Shown here: positions 17,745-26,440 of the stretch, piece after piece
Position numbering within the stretch: position 1 is the stretch's first letter
Layout of the letters: every line of letters begins with the position of its first letter
Source: Mycobacterium tuberculosis H37Rv
GTDB lineage: Bacteria; Actinomycetota; Actinomycetes; Mycobacteriales; Mycobacteriaceae
Length of the DNA stretch: 32,000 nt
Reading direction: 5' to 3'
Assembly: GCF_000195955.2 (NCBI RefSeq)
Contig: NC_000962.3
Location: 2,250,001 to 2,282,000 of the forward strand
Notes under the pieces: model-generated
What the model was told of the DNA's origin: nothing
The model's database searches: none
What the model saw: only the letters and a program-made list of their open reading frames with translations
Position numbers and translations under genes: made by a program

Positions 17745-17925
17745 CGTTTCATGAACGCCAGCGCCGCCGCAACCCGACCGAAAGCGGTTGACCCCAAGGA
17801 GAGCTGGAAGTCGAGGCCACCACCTTCGCCGCGGAGTTGCTCATGCCCGAGAGCGAGACTCGTCCCGAAATACGCCGGCTCGATTTCGGCAAGTTGCTCG
17901 AACTGAAGCGGGAATGGGCGTCGAC
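17745..17925 (+). pseudogene. Decayed fragment paralogous to the ImmA/IrrE peptidase part of the gene at 13998-15038.
   Basis: It aligns at nucleotide level by eye to 14541-14765, for example shared catgcccgagagcgaga and cggcaagttgctcgaactgaa. The ~44 nt encoding AHELGHLVLHSTNP (the HEXXH motif) is deleted and the frame is broken. Translation shows LMPESETRPEIRRLDFGKLLELKREW. Confidence 0.75.
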
Positions 17926-18240
17926 CCGCTCGACCAGCCCCAGCCGGGTGACCAGCCCCAGCCGGGTGACCAGCCGATGCACCGCGGCGATCCCACCGAA
18001 GCCGGTGGCATCGATGTTGGCGCCGACCTCGTAGCGCACCGCGCCCGAACCCAGCATCGGCCTGGGCTGCGCCGCCCAGCGTCCAGCCCGCGCGTGCCGC
18101 GCCGCCACCCTGCGCCCTCGGCGTGTGATGTTTCGCCGACTCTGTTCATGGGTTATCTTCTTCACCACAAAGGCCTTTCCTGCTGGGCTGTGTTGAGGTC
18201 GCAAACCCAGCCAGGGTAAGGCCTTTGGCCTCTCCTACCC
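17925..18240 (-). mobile_element. 5' fragment of a DDE transposase gene (IS4/IS1380-like N-terminus), truncated.
   Basis: The minus-strand reading MLGSGAVRYEVGANIDATGFGGIAAVHRLVTRLGLVERVD resembles the N-terminal (x)GGLxLLxExxxRLGL region of IS1380/IS4-type transposases. No DDE catalytic region follows. The fragment abuts the ImmA-like fragment at ~17920-17925. Confidence 0.45.
17932..17976. repeat. 18 bp tandem duplication (about 2.5 copies).
   Basis: gaccagccccagccgggt occurs at 17932-17949 and 17950-17967, followed by a partial third copy, gaccagccg. On the minus strand it encodes a duplicated LVTRLG. Confidence 0.9.
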
Positions 18241-18249
18241 GGCCGACAC

Positions 18250-18725
18250 GCTTACTGAAGGCCTAGTCTAGGCAGGCCATTCAATCTGCGGAATCGAAAA
18301 ATTCGGTTCCAGCCTGCTCGTTTCCTTTCCGACAGCGATCTGACGTTGCGTAACGTCATTTGTACGGACTCTTTTAGCGGCATTGATTTCAGATGCCAAC
18401 GCCGTCTGTGCTGTAGCGCCGATTGGCCGAAACTGTAAATTTGTATGATTATTTAAATCTTTGACGAACACGCGCCACAAACGTACTATCTCTTTGGCAA
18501 AGTCCACCGGCATCTCATTCAACGGTTTTGTTTGCGCGTGGTCGTCATATGTTGGTAACTGTGTAACCGGCCGCCTATCTTGCGCGTGCATCATATGACT
18601 ATGAATCGGCCTTCTCCAGTGAAATTGATACAAGATCGATCCGATAAGCGGTACCTTGTACACAGTGCAATTGTAGTAATTCGCGTTTTGTCCTACGCTT
18701 GTATTCTGCGTGAAGAATTCAAACA
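18250..18725. other. Low-GC segment, probably horizontally acquired.
   Basis: Line 18421-18480 has 22 G+C of 60, against 43 of 60 in line 19021-19080. The composition changes abruptly at ~18725 (gaattcaaacac | gccaggcccgggcc) and at ~18250. Confidence 0.8.
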
Positions 18726-18726
18726 C
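18268..18726 (-). CDS. Hypothetical ORF inside the low-GC segment (152 codons from a GTG at the junction). It may be a fragment of a foreign gene.
   Basis: An open frame of 152 codons is long for DNA this AT-rich. I recognise no domain. The start codon lies exactly at the composition junction and overlaps the last 11 codons of the helicase ORF, so the true start is uncertain. Confidence 0.35.
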   Translation of the reverse strand: MFEFFTQNTSVGQNANYYNCTVYKVPLIGSILYQFHWRRPIHSHMMHAQDRRPVTQLPTYDDHAQTKPLNEMPVDFAKEIVRLWRVFVKDLNNHTNLQFRPIGATAQTALASEINAAKRVRTNDVTQRQIAVGKETSRLEPNFSIPQIEWPA

Positions 18727-20240
18727 GCCAGGCCCGGGCCGTCGTCAACCAATTCGCGGTATGCCTCAACCACTTTCGGGAACAGCTCGGCAACCTGCTT
18801 GGACGTCTTGATGTCCTTGGCGAACGCCACCGCCCGACGCATCGGCGGCTCACCGGCGACAATGCCGGTACCGGACCGCTTGGCCAGGCCATTCCAGCAG
18901 CCGACGATCTTGGAGGCGTCGTCGAGCATCAGCTCGCCGGAAACCCCGGAGAGTTCCTGCTGCAACCGGGGCGCGATCACGCCCTGATCGACGGTGAGCA
19001 CCATCACCTTGTAGTCGGTGAGCAGCCCGCGCTCCACCGCCTCGCCGAACGACAGCCGGTGAAACTCCGGCCCGAACGTCAGCTCGTCGTCCATCGACAC
19101 CAACTCGGCGGAGTGCTGGTCGGCCCTGTCCTTGATGCTCTCGGTGAAAATCCTTGGCGTGGCGGTCATATACAGCCGCCGGGCCGCCTTCAGATACTGA
19201 CCGTCGTGCACCCGCACGAAGTTCGACTCATCGTCCCCCGCCAGCGTCACGCCGGTGGTGCGGTGGGCCTCGTCGCACATCACCAAGTCGAACTCGTCGA
19301 CCCCCAGCCGTTGGGCCTTGGCCACCGTGGGCAGCGACTGGTAGGTGCAAAACACCACGGTCAGGCCCTGGGCGCGCCTGCGGTGCGCCATTTCGTGCAG
19401 CAATACCCGCGCGTCGGTGGTGACCGGGATCGGCACATCGTGGACGTGGTAGTCCTCGGCCGAGCGCGACACCTTGGTGTCCGAGCACACCGCGAACGCC
19501 CGCACATCCAGCTCACTCTGTGCGGTCCACTCCCGCAGCGTCTGGCTCAACAGCGAAATCGAGGGCACCAGCAACAGAATCCGCGCGCTGCCGCCGTTGT
19601 CGGCGGCGATGCGCTCGGCGATCTTGAGCGCGGTGAACGTCTTGCCGGTGCCGCAGGCCATGATCAGCTTGCCGCGATCGTTGCCCACCGCGAACCCGCG
19701 GAACACCGCGTCGATCGCCTGCTGCTGGTGCGGCCGCAGCTCGTGGCGTTTGGCCGGGGTCAGGTTCACCTGCAGGTCGTCGGCCGGCCAGGCGATGTCC
19801 CAGTCGATCGGCGATTCGGCGATCTCGGCCATGCCGATGCGCTGCACCGGGACCAACTGATCGGCCAGCGCGTCCTCGGCATTGCGGCCCCACCGATCCG
19901 TCGTGGAGATGATCACCCGGTTGGTGAAGCCCGTCTTGCCCGACGCGGTGAAAAACGAGTCGATGTCCCCCTTGGCCAGTGTGTGCGTCGGCTCGTAGAA
20001 CTTGCACTGGATCGCGGTGTAGTTGCCGGTGTCACGTTCGCGGGCGACCAGGTCGATTCCGGTGTCGGTCCTGCCCCGCCGCTCCGGCCAGTCGATCCAC
20101 CACCACACCGCGTCGTACTGCTGGGCCATCGTCGGGTCCAGCTCGAAATAGCGCACCATCAACTGCTCGAACTTGGTCCCGCGCTCCGCGTTCGACGGAG
20201 CCTTCCGGAACGCCTCGATGACGTCGTGCACCGACCCCAT
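18693..20240 (-). CDS. N-terminal half of a Type ISP restriction enzyme / COG4889 helicase: an Mrr-like PD-(D/E)xK nuclease plus an incomplete SF2 ATPase (Rv2024c-like, 515 aa).
   Basis: The nuclease region is GTKFEQLMVRYF...DTGIDLVARERDTGNYTAIQCKFY. The helicase motifs are I (MACGTGKTFTAL), II (VMCDEAHRTTG) and III (LYMTATPR). The ORF ends shortly after the start of the second RecA-like domain, with its last 11 codons read from the low-GC insert. Confidence 0.85.
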   Translation of the reverse strand: MGSVHDVIEAFRKAPSNAERGTKFEQLMVRYFELDPTMAQQYDAVWWWIDWPERRGRTDTGIDLVARERDTGNYTAIQCKFYEPTHTLAKGDIDSFFTASGKTGFTNRVIISTTDRWGRNAEDALADQLVPVQRIGMAEIAESPIDWDIAWPADDLQVNLTPAKRHELRPHQQQAIDAVFRGFAVGNDRGKLIMACGTGKTFTALKIAERIAADNGGSARILLLVPSISLLSQTLREWTAQSELDVRAFAVCSDTKVSRSAEDYHVHDVPIPVTTDARVLLHEMAHRRRAQGLTVVFCTYQSLPTVAKAQRLGVDEFDLVMCDEAHRTTGVTLAGDDESNFVRVHDGQYLKAARRLYMTATPRIFTESIKDRADQHSAELVSMDDELTFGPEFHRLSFGEAVERGLLTDYKVMVLTVDQGVIAPRLQQELSGVSGELMLDDASKIVGCWNGLAKRSGTGIVAGEPPMRRAVAFAKDIKTSKQVAELFPKVVEAYRELVDDGPGLACLNSSRRIQA

Positions 20241-20454
20241 AGTTCAATGACCATACTGGCGGCAACCGACACGTGGCGGGATCCCTCGCGTTCGATCCAA
20301 CCCAACCAGCTCGGCCAACCGCATCGCGGGCCGGCATCTTCGCCGTCCTAACTCGGGAAATAGCGGTTGTCACTATCTGAGCGCAGCTATCTCATTTGCG
20401 GAGAACTAGCCCTGATCAATTCCTGCCTCGGTTACGTGTGTCATGATCAGCCGG

Positions 20455-20790
20455 CCAGTTCGAGGTTGAGGTGACCTTCACATAGTGAAGCCTCCCGGGT
20501 TTCGTGCGCACCTTCTTTCGAGGGAAGGACGCCACGCTGAGCTGCGAGTTCGTCGCCGAGCATCGAGCCCGGTTCGAGGTCGCTGCGATCTGTCGCGTGC
20601 TGTGTGGGCAGGGCTGCAGATCACCCGGAGAACCTTCTACGCCTGGGCAGCGTCGGCCGCCGTCTAGGCGTGCCCTGCGGGAGATGACGGTCACCGAGCC
20701 CCTGGCCGGTTACGACGGGCCCGATACCGATGGCCGCCGTAAGCCCGAGTCACTCTACGGTGCGGCCACGATCTGGGATCGACGAGCCAT
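20455..20790 (+). mobile_element. Remnant of an IS3-family element: the orfA end, frameshift window and the N-terminus of orfB.
   Basis: FVAEHRARFEVAAICRVL, then LQITRRTFYAWAAS in a second frame, then RPPSRRALREMTVTEPLAGYDGPDTDGRRKPESLYGAATIW back in the first frame. This matches the N-terminal pattern of IS3 OrfB. No rve/DDE core follows. Confidence 0.6.
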
Positions 20791-21748
20791 GTTCAGCCGG
20801 ATAGGCGTGGATGAGGGCGGTGGTCAGCTTGGGAACGGTGTGGGTGAGTTCGTGTTCGGCGTCGTGGGCGATGCGGTGAGCTTGCGCGAGGTCCAGGGCG
20901 GGGTCGACGTCGAGTTCGGCATCGGCGTGCAAGCGGTGTCCGATCCAGCGCATCCGCACGCTGCGTACCGCCTGCACGCCGGGCCGGGCCGCCAGGGCTT
21001 GTTCGGCGGCATCGACCATCGCTGGGTCGACGCCGTCGAGCAGGCGGCGGAACACATCTCGCGCGGCAGTTCGTAGCACGGCCAGAATCGCCGCCGTGAT
21101 GAGCAGGCCGACGATGGGGTCGGCCAGTGGGAACCCAAGTGCGACACCGCCGGCCGAGCACAGCACGGCCAGCGAGGTGAATCCGTCGGTTCGAGCGTGT
21201 AGTCCGTCGGCGATCAGGGCGGCCGAGCCGATGCGGTGCCCAACCCTGATGCGGTAGAGGGCAACCCACTCGTTGCCGATGAATCCGACCAGCCCGGCCA
21301 GGGCGACCCAGCCGACATGCTCGATCTGCTGCGGGTGGATCAGGCGGGCGATGGCTTCGTAACCGGCGATGATGGCCGACATCGTGATCATCGCGACCAC
21401 GAACGACCCGGCCAGGTCCTCGACGCGACCGAATCCGTAGGTATATCGGCGAGTGGCGGGCTTGGCGCCCAACGCGAACGCGATCCACAACGGCACCGCG
21501 GTCAACGCATCAGCGAAGTTGTGGATGGTGTCGGCGGCCAGCGCAACCGACCCCGACATCACCACGATCACAATCTGGATGAGCGCGGTCAACCCGAGAA
21601 CCAACAAGCTGATCTTGACCGTACGGATCCCTGCCGCAGTGGATTCCAGGGTGTCGTCGACGCTGTCGGCGGCGTCGTGGGAGTGCGGCGCGAAGATCTC
21701 CTTGATCATCGCCGGCACACCTCGTGAATGAGCGTGGTCGTGGGTCAT
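20750..21748 (-). CDS. Cation diffusion facilitator (CDF) metal efflux protein (Rv2025c-like, 332 aa).
   Basis: It has a His-rich N-terminus (MTHDHAHSRG), six hydrophobic segments, the motifs ADTIHNFADAL and ALIADGLHARTD (HxxxD metal sites), and a C-terminal cytoplasmic domain ending IHAYP. The track ORF starts 19 codons earlier. Confidence 0.9.
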   Translation of the reverse strand: MTHDHAHSRGVPAMIKEIFAPHSHDAADSVDDTLESTAAGIRTVKISLLVLGLTALIQIVIVVMSGSVALAADTIHNFADALTAVPLWIAFALGAKPATRRYTYGFGRVEDLAGSFVVAMITMSAIIAGYEAIARLIHPQQIEHVGWVALAGLVGFIGNEWVALYRIRVGHRIGSAALIADGLHARTDGFTSLAVLCSAGGVALGFPLADPIVGLLITAAILAVLRTAARDVFRRLLDGVDPAMVDAAEQALAARPGVQAVRSVRMRWIGHRLHADAELDVDPALDLAQAHRIAHDAEHELTHTVPKLTTALIHAYPAEHGSSIPDRGRTVE

Positions 21749-21811
21749 CGGGCGCAGGCCCTTTGTGACAGCAGGCCAGATCGGCCGCGTTCGACCACCA
21801 AGCAAGCTCTT

Positions 21812-21835
21812 TTATCTGCATTCATACGCAGATAA
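21812..21835. promoter_or_regulatory. Inverted repeat upstream of the CDF gene, a candidate ArsR/SmtB-type metalloregulator operator.
   Basis: The repeat is ttatctgc-attcatac-gcagataa (8 bp arms, 8 nt spacer) in an AT-rich stretch 64-87 nt upstream of ATG 21748. It could alternatively be a terminator hairpin for the upstream USP gene. Confidence 0.5.
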
Positions 21836-21862
21836 TAGCGGATGCTCTCGCCGGTTCCAGTA

Positions 21863-22747
21863 CTAGCTGGGACGGACGACGATCACCGGGATTCTCACCG
21901 AATGGGCTACCGCGGAACTCACCGAACCCAACAGCATGCCGGAAAACCCCCCGCGCCCATGGCTGCCGACCACCACCAGCTGAGCTTGCTCAGAATGCTC
22001 GAGCAGCCACCGAGCGGGCTTGTCGCACACCAGCGATCGGTGCACGCGGACATCCGGATACTGCTCTTGCCAGCCGGCGAGGCGTTCAGCGAGGACCTCA
22101 GCCTCTCTCTTCTCGCGCTCTCGCCAATCCATCCCCAGAACCGGAAACATCCCCAGATCGGTCCAGGCGTGCAACGCCACCAGGTCCACCCTTCGGCGGG
22201 AGGCTTCGTCGAAGGCTAGGGCCGTTGCCGCCTCAGAGGCTGGCGATCCGTCGATGCCCACCAACACCGGTGCATCGGAGTCGGGAGTCGCGCCATTACC
22301 GGAATGAATGATGGCCACTGGACACCGCGCATGGTGGAGCAACGCGGTGCTGATCGAGCCGAGCAGCAGTCGACCCAATGCGCCCATCCCCTGGCTGCCG
22401 ACGACCATCAACCAAGCCTGTTGGGATGCATCGATAAGCGTCGGCACAACATTGGAAAAGACCAACTCGGTATGCACCTGCGGCGGTTTGGACTCACCCA
22501 AGCTGTTGGTGAGCGCCTCGCGGGCCTGCTCAATGACCTGCTGTGCGTTGTCCTTTTGCCACTCAGTCATATTCGCGTACAGCTGGCCCACCGGCCAGCC
22601 GACAACCACAGGGGCAACAATGTGCAGCAGGGTGATGGGCAGCTGGCGCATGACGGCCTCACGGGCGGCCCAGGCTACCGCCGCGTTGGATTGCGCTGAT
22701 CCGTCGACGCCAACGAGTATTCCGTATTTCGCTGTCGCAGCAGACAT
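21863..22747 (-). CDS. Tandem-domain universal stress protein (Rv2026c-like, 294 aa).
   Basis: It has two USP domains with the motifs [19 protein letters not shown] and [20 protein letters not shown]. It is a close paralogue of 996-1883. Confidence 0.93.
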   Translation of the reverse strand: MSAATAKYGILVGVDGSAQSNAAVAWAAREAVMRQLPITLLHIVAPVVVGWPVGQLYANMTEWQKDNAQQVIEQAREALTNSLGESKPPQVHTELVFSNVVPTLIDASQQAWLMVVGSQGMGALGRLLLGSISTALLHHARCPVAIIHSGNGATPDSDAPVLVGIDGSPASEAATALAFDEASRRRVDLVALHAWTDLGMFPVLGMDWREREKREAEVLAERLAGWQEQYPDVRVHRSLVCDKPARWLLEHSEQAQLVVVGSHGRGGFSGMLLGSVSSAVAHSVRIPVIVVRPS

Positions 22748-22786
22748 TTCACGCTCCTTGCGGTCGGAACACAGTCCATCAATCCA

Positions 22787-24535
<1,749 letters not shown>

Positions 24536-24568
24536 TCAACCAACTGGTCTGGCTACCCAGCGGCACAG

Positions 24569-25408
24569 TCACAGATACTGCTGACCGACGACCAGCAGGG
24601 TGCAGCCGGCCTCCTGCAACACGGCGTTGCCCGGCGCTCCCACAAGTTGCTCCACATGCTCCTGGTCGCTCGCGCTGAGCACCACCATGTGTACCGATCG
24701 ACCCAGCCCAGCCAGATAATCCAGCAGCTCGCCGTGCACTGCCGCCGATTGCACCCGCACATCGGGATACCGTGGTTGCCAACGGGCAAGCCAGCGGTCC
24801 AGGCTGGCACGGACGTCGTCCCCGGTATCGCCCACTCCGGATTGCCGGCAGGTGACCACCCGAACCGGCGAGTCGCGCAGCCGTGCTTCGGCCATCACCG
24901 CCCCCAGCAAAACACCGATATCGGACGACCCGTCCGCCTCGACGACGATCCATGCGGCGTCGCGTCCGATGGGGACCCGGTGGGGTCGCACGATCGCCAC
25001 TGGGCACTGCGCCGATAACGCCAGGGCCGCTGCGGTAGATCCCACCCGCTCCGGTCGGAAGTGGTGCACGCCGATAGCGCCAACGCACACCAGGGCAGCA
25101 GCCGCCGAAGCGCGGATCAACGAGGTGACCGGCCGCTCCTGGGTGATCTCCACCTCGACCTTGACCGGCCGGTCCGCCGCCTCGACCGCTGTGAACGCGT
25201 AGCGCACCGCGTTCTCGGCGGCGGCGAGTTTGCGAGCCGCCGCGCCGTGTGCGGCGTACCCGGGATCGTCGGGTTCGATCGCGTACAGCAGACGCAGCGG
25301 GATGTCACGGCTGGCTGCCTCGTCGACCGCCCACAGTGCGGCTTGCACGGCCGGCTTCGAGCCATCAATACCGACGACGATCGATGGGGGTTTGTGTGAT
25401 TGGTTCAT
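24569..25408 (-). CDS. Tandem-domain universal stress protein (Rv2028c-like, 279 aa).
   Basis: The USP fold pattern opens with IVVGIDGSKPAVQAALWAVDEA. It is more divergent, lacking the clean G-x2-G-x9-G-S motif. The start overlaps the pfkB stop by 4 nt. Confidence 0.9.
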   Translation of the reverse strand: MNQSHKPPSIVVGIDGSKPAVQAALWAVDEAASRDIPLRLLYAIEPDDPGYAAHGAAARKLAAAENAVRYAFTAVEAADRPVKVEVEITQERPVTSLIRASAAAALVCVGAIGVHHFRPERVGSTAAALALSAQCPVAIVRPHRVPIGRDAAWIVVEADGSSDIGVLLGAVMAEARLRDSPVRVVTCRQSGVGDTGDDVRASLDRWLARWQPRYPDVRVQSAAVHGELLDYLAGLGRSVHMVVLSASDQEHVEQLVGAPGNAVLQEAGCTLLVVGQQYL

Positions 25409-26424
25409 GGCGAGGCTTCCGGGTTAACGATCGGGTGCCAAACGTATTGATCCTGCCCGACTTCGGTGGGTTCGGCCGCCAGCTCGAAGAACCTCTCCAC
25501 ATCGTCGCGATTGCAGGCCGCGGTGCCTGGCGTCAGCAGCATGGCTGCACCTGCCGCGTTTCCCAAGCGAACGGACTTGATGAGCGACCAGCCACGGCTG
25601 AGGCCCACGGTAATCGCGGCCACCATCGCGTCGCCGGCGCCGACACCGCTAACCGCGGTCATCGGAATCGACGAAAATCGATGGCTCGCATGTCGTGTGG
25701 CCAATAGCGCGCCCTGAGATCCAAGCGAGACCACCACGACCTCGGCGCGCCCACGGTCAATGAGTTCGTGTGCGGCGGCCAGTTGTTCGGGCTCGGTCAG
25801 CAGTTCGGATCCGACGCACTCGCGCAGTTCCCGCACGCTCGCCTTGAGAAGAAACACCCCGGACGAAATGTGCTGCAACCCGCCACCAGATGTATCCAGG
25901 ATCAGCGGAGTGCTCGATCGGCGGCAGATGTCGGCAACCCGCTGATAGTAGTCGGCAGCCACACCTGGCGGCAGGCTGCCACTGGCCACCACAAAGGCGG
26001 CCGAAGCCGCCGCACCGCGCAGTTCGTCGAGGCATTGCTCCTGCTCCGCGACGGTCAGCGACGGCCCCGGAAGCACGAAACGATACTGCTTGGCGGTCCT
26101 GGACTCGTTGACCGTGAAGCTCTCCCGCGTCGAGGCCGCGATCGGAATGACGCGAAATGGCACTCCCGCATCACCGAGCAGCGCCATCAGCAGGCTCCCG
26201 GTCGACCCGCCGGCCGGGAACAGTGCTGTCGAGCAACCGCCGAGGACATGCACAATGCGGGCGACATTGATACCGCCGCCGCCGGGATCGTAGCGAGGTG
26301 CGCCACAACGCATTTTCTCGGTCGGGCGCACCACGTCGACGCTCGTCGTGATGTCCAAGGCGGGGTTCATGGTCAAAGTGATGATTCGCGGCTTGCCTTC
26401 GTCCCACGCCGCTGGCTCCGTCAT
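25405..26424 (-). CDS. pfkB: Ribokinase-family 6-phosphofructokinase / sugar kinase (339 aa).
   Basis: It has the PfkB-family signatures GGGGINVARI (N-terminal) and VSGVGAGDAMVAAI (C-terminal DTxGAGD-like). Confidence 0.93.
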   Translation of the reverse strand: MTEPAAWDEGKPRIITLTMNPALDITTSVDVVRPTEKMRCGAPRYDPGGGGINVARIVHVLGGCSTALFPAGGSTGSLLMALLGDAGVPFRVIPIAASTRESFTVNESRTAKQYRFVLPGPSLTVAEQEQCLDELRGAAASAAFVVASGSLPPGVAADYYQRVADICRRSSTPLILDTSGGGLQHISSGVFLLKASVRELRECVGSELLTEPEQLAAAHELIDRGRAEVVVVSLGSQGALLATRHASHRFSSIPMTAVSGVGAGDAMVAAITVGLSRGWSLIKSVRLGNAAGAAMLLTPGTAACNRDDVERFFELAAEPTEVGQDQYVWHPIVNPEASP

Positions 26425-26440
26425 CGTCGTGGACTCTGCG

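Noticed and set aside
17743-17759. A hairpin (ggcgtt-tcatg-aacgcc) just upstream of higB2, first considered as a HigA2 operator.
   Set aside because: The sequence falls inside the region homologous to the ImmA-like gene (compare 14541-14565). It is therefore more simply inherited coding sequence of the pseudogene fragment than a dedicated operator.
19059-20351. A 430 aa plus-strand ORF opposite the nuclease-helicase gene.
   Set aside because: It is an antisense shadow. The minus strand has Mrr-like and SF2 motifs, and the plus-strand translation is an R/G/P/H-rich repeat-like sequence.
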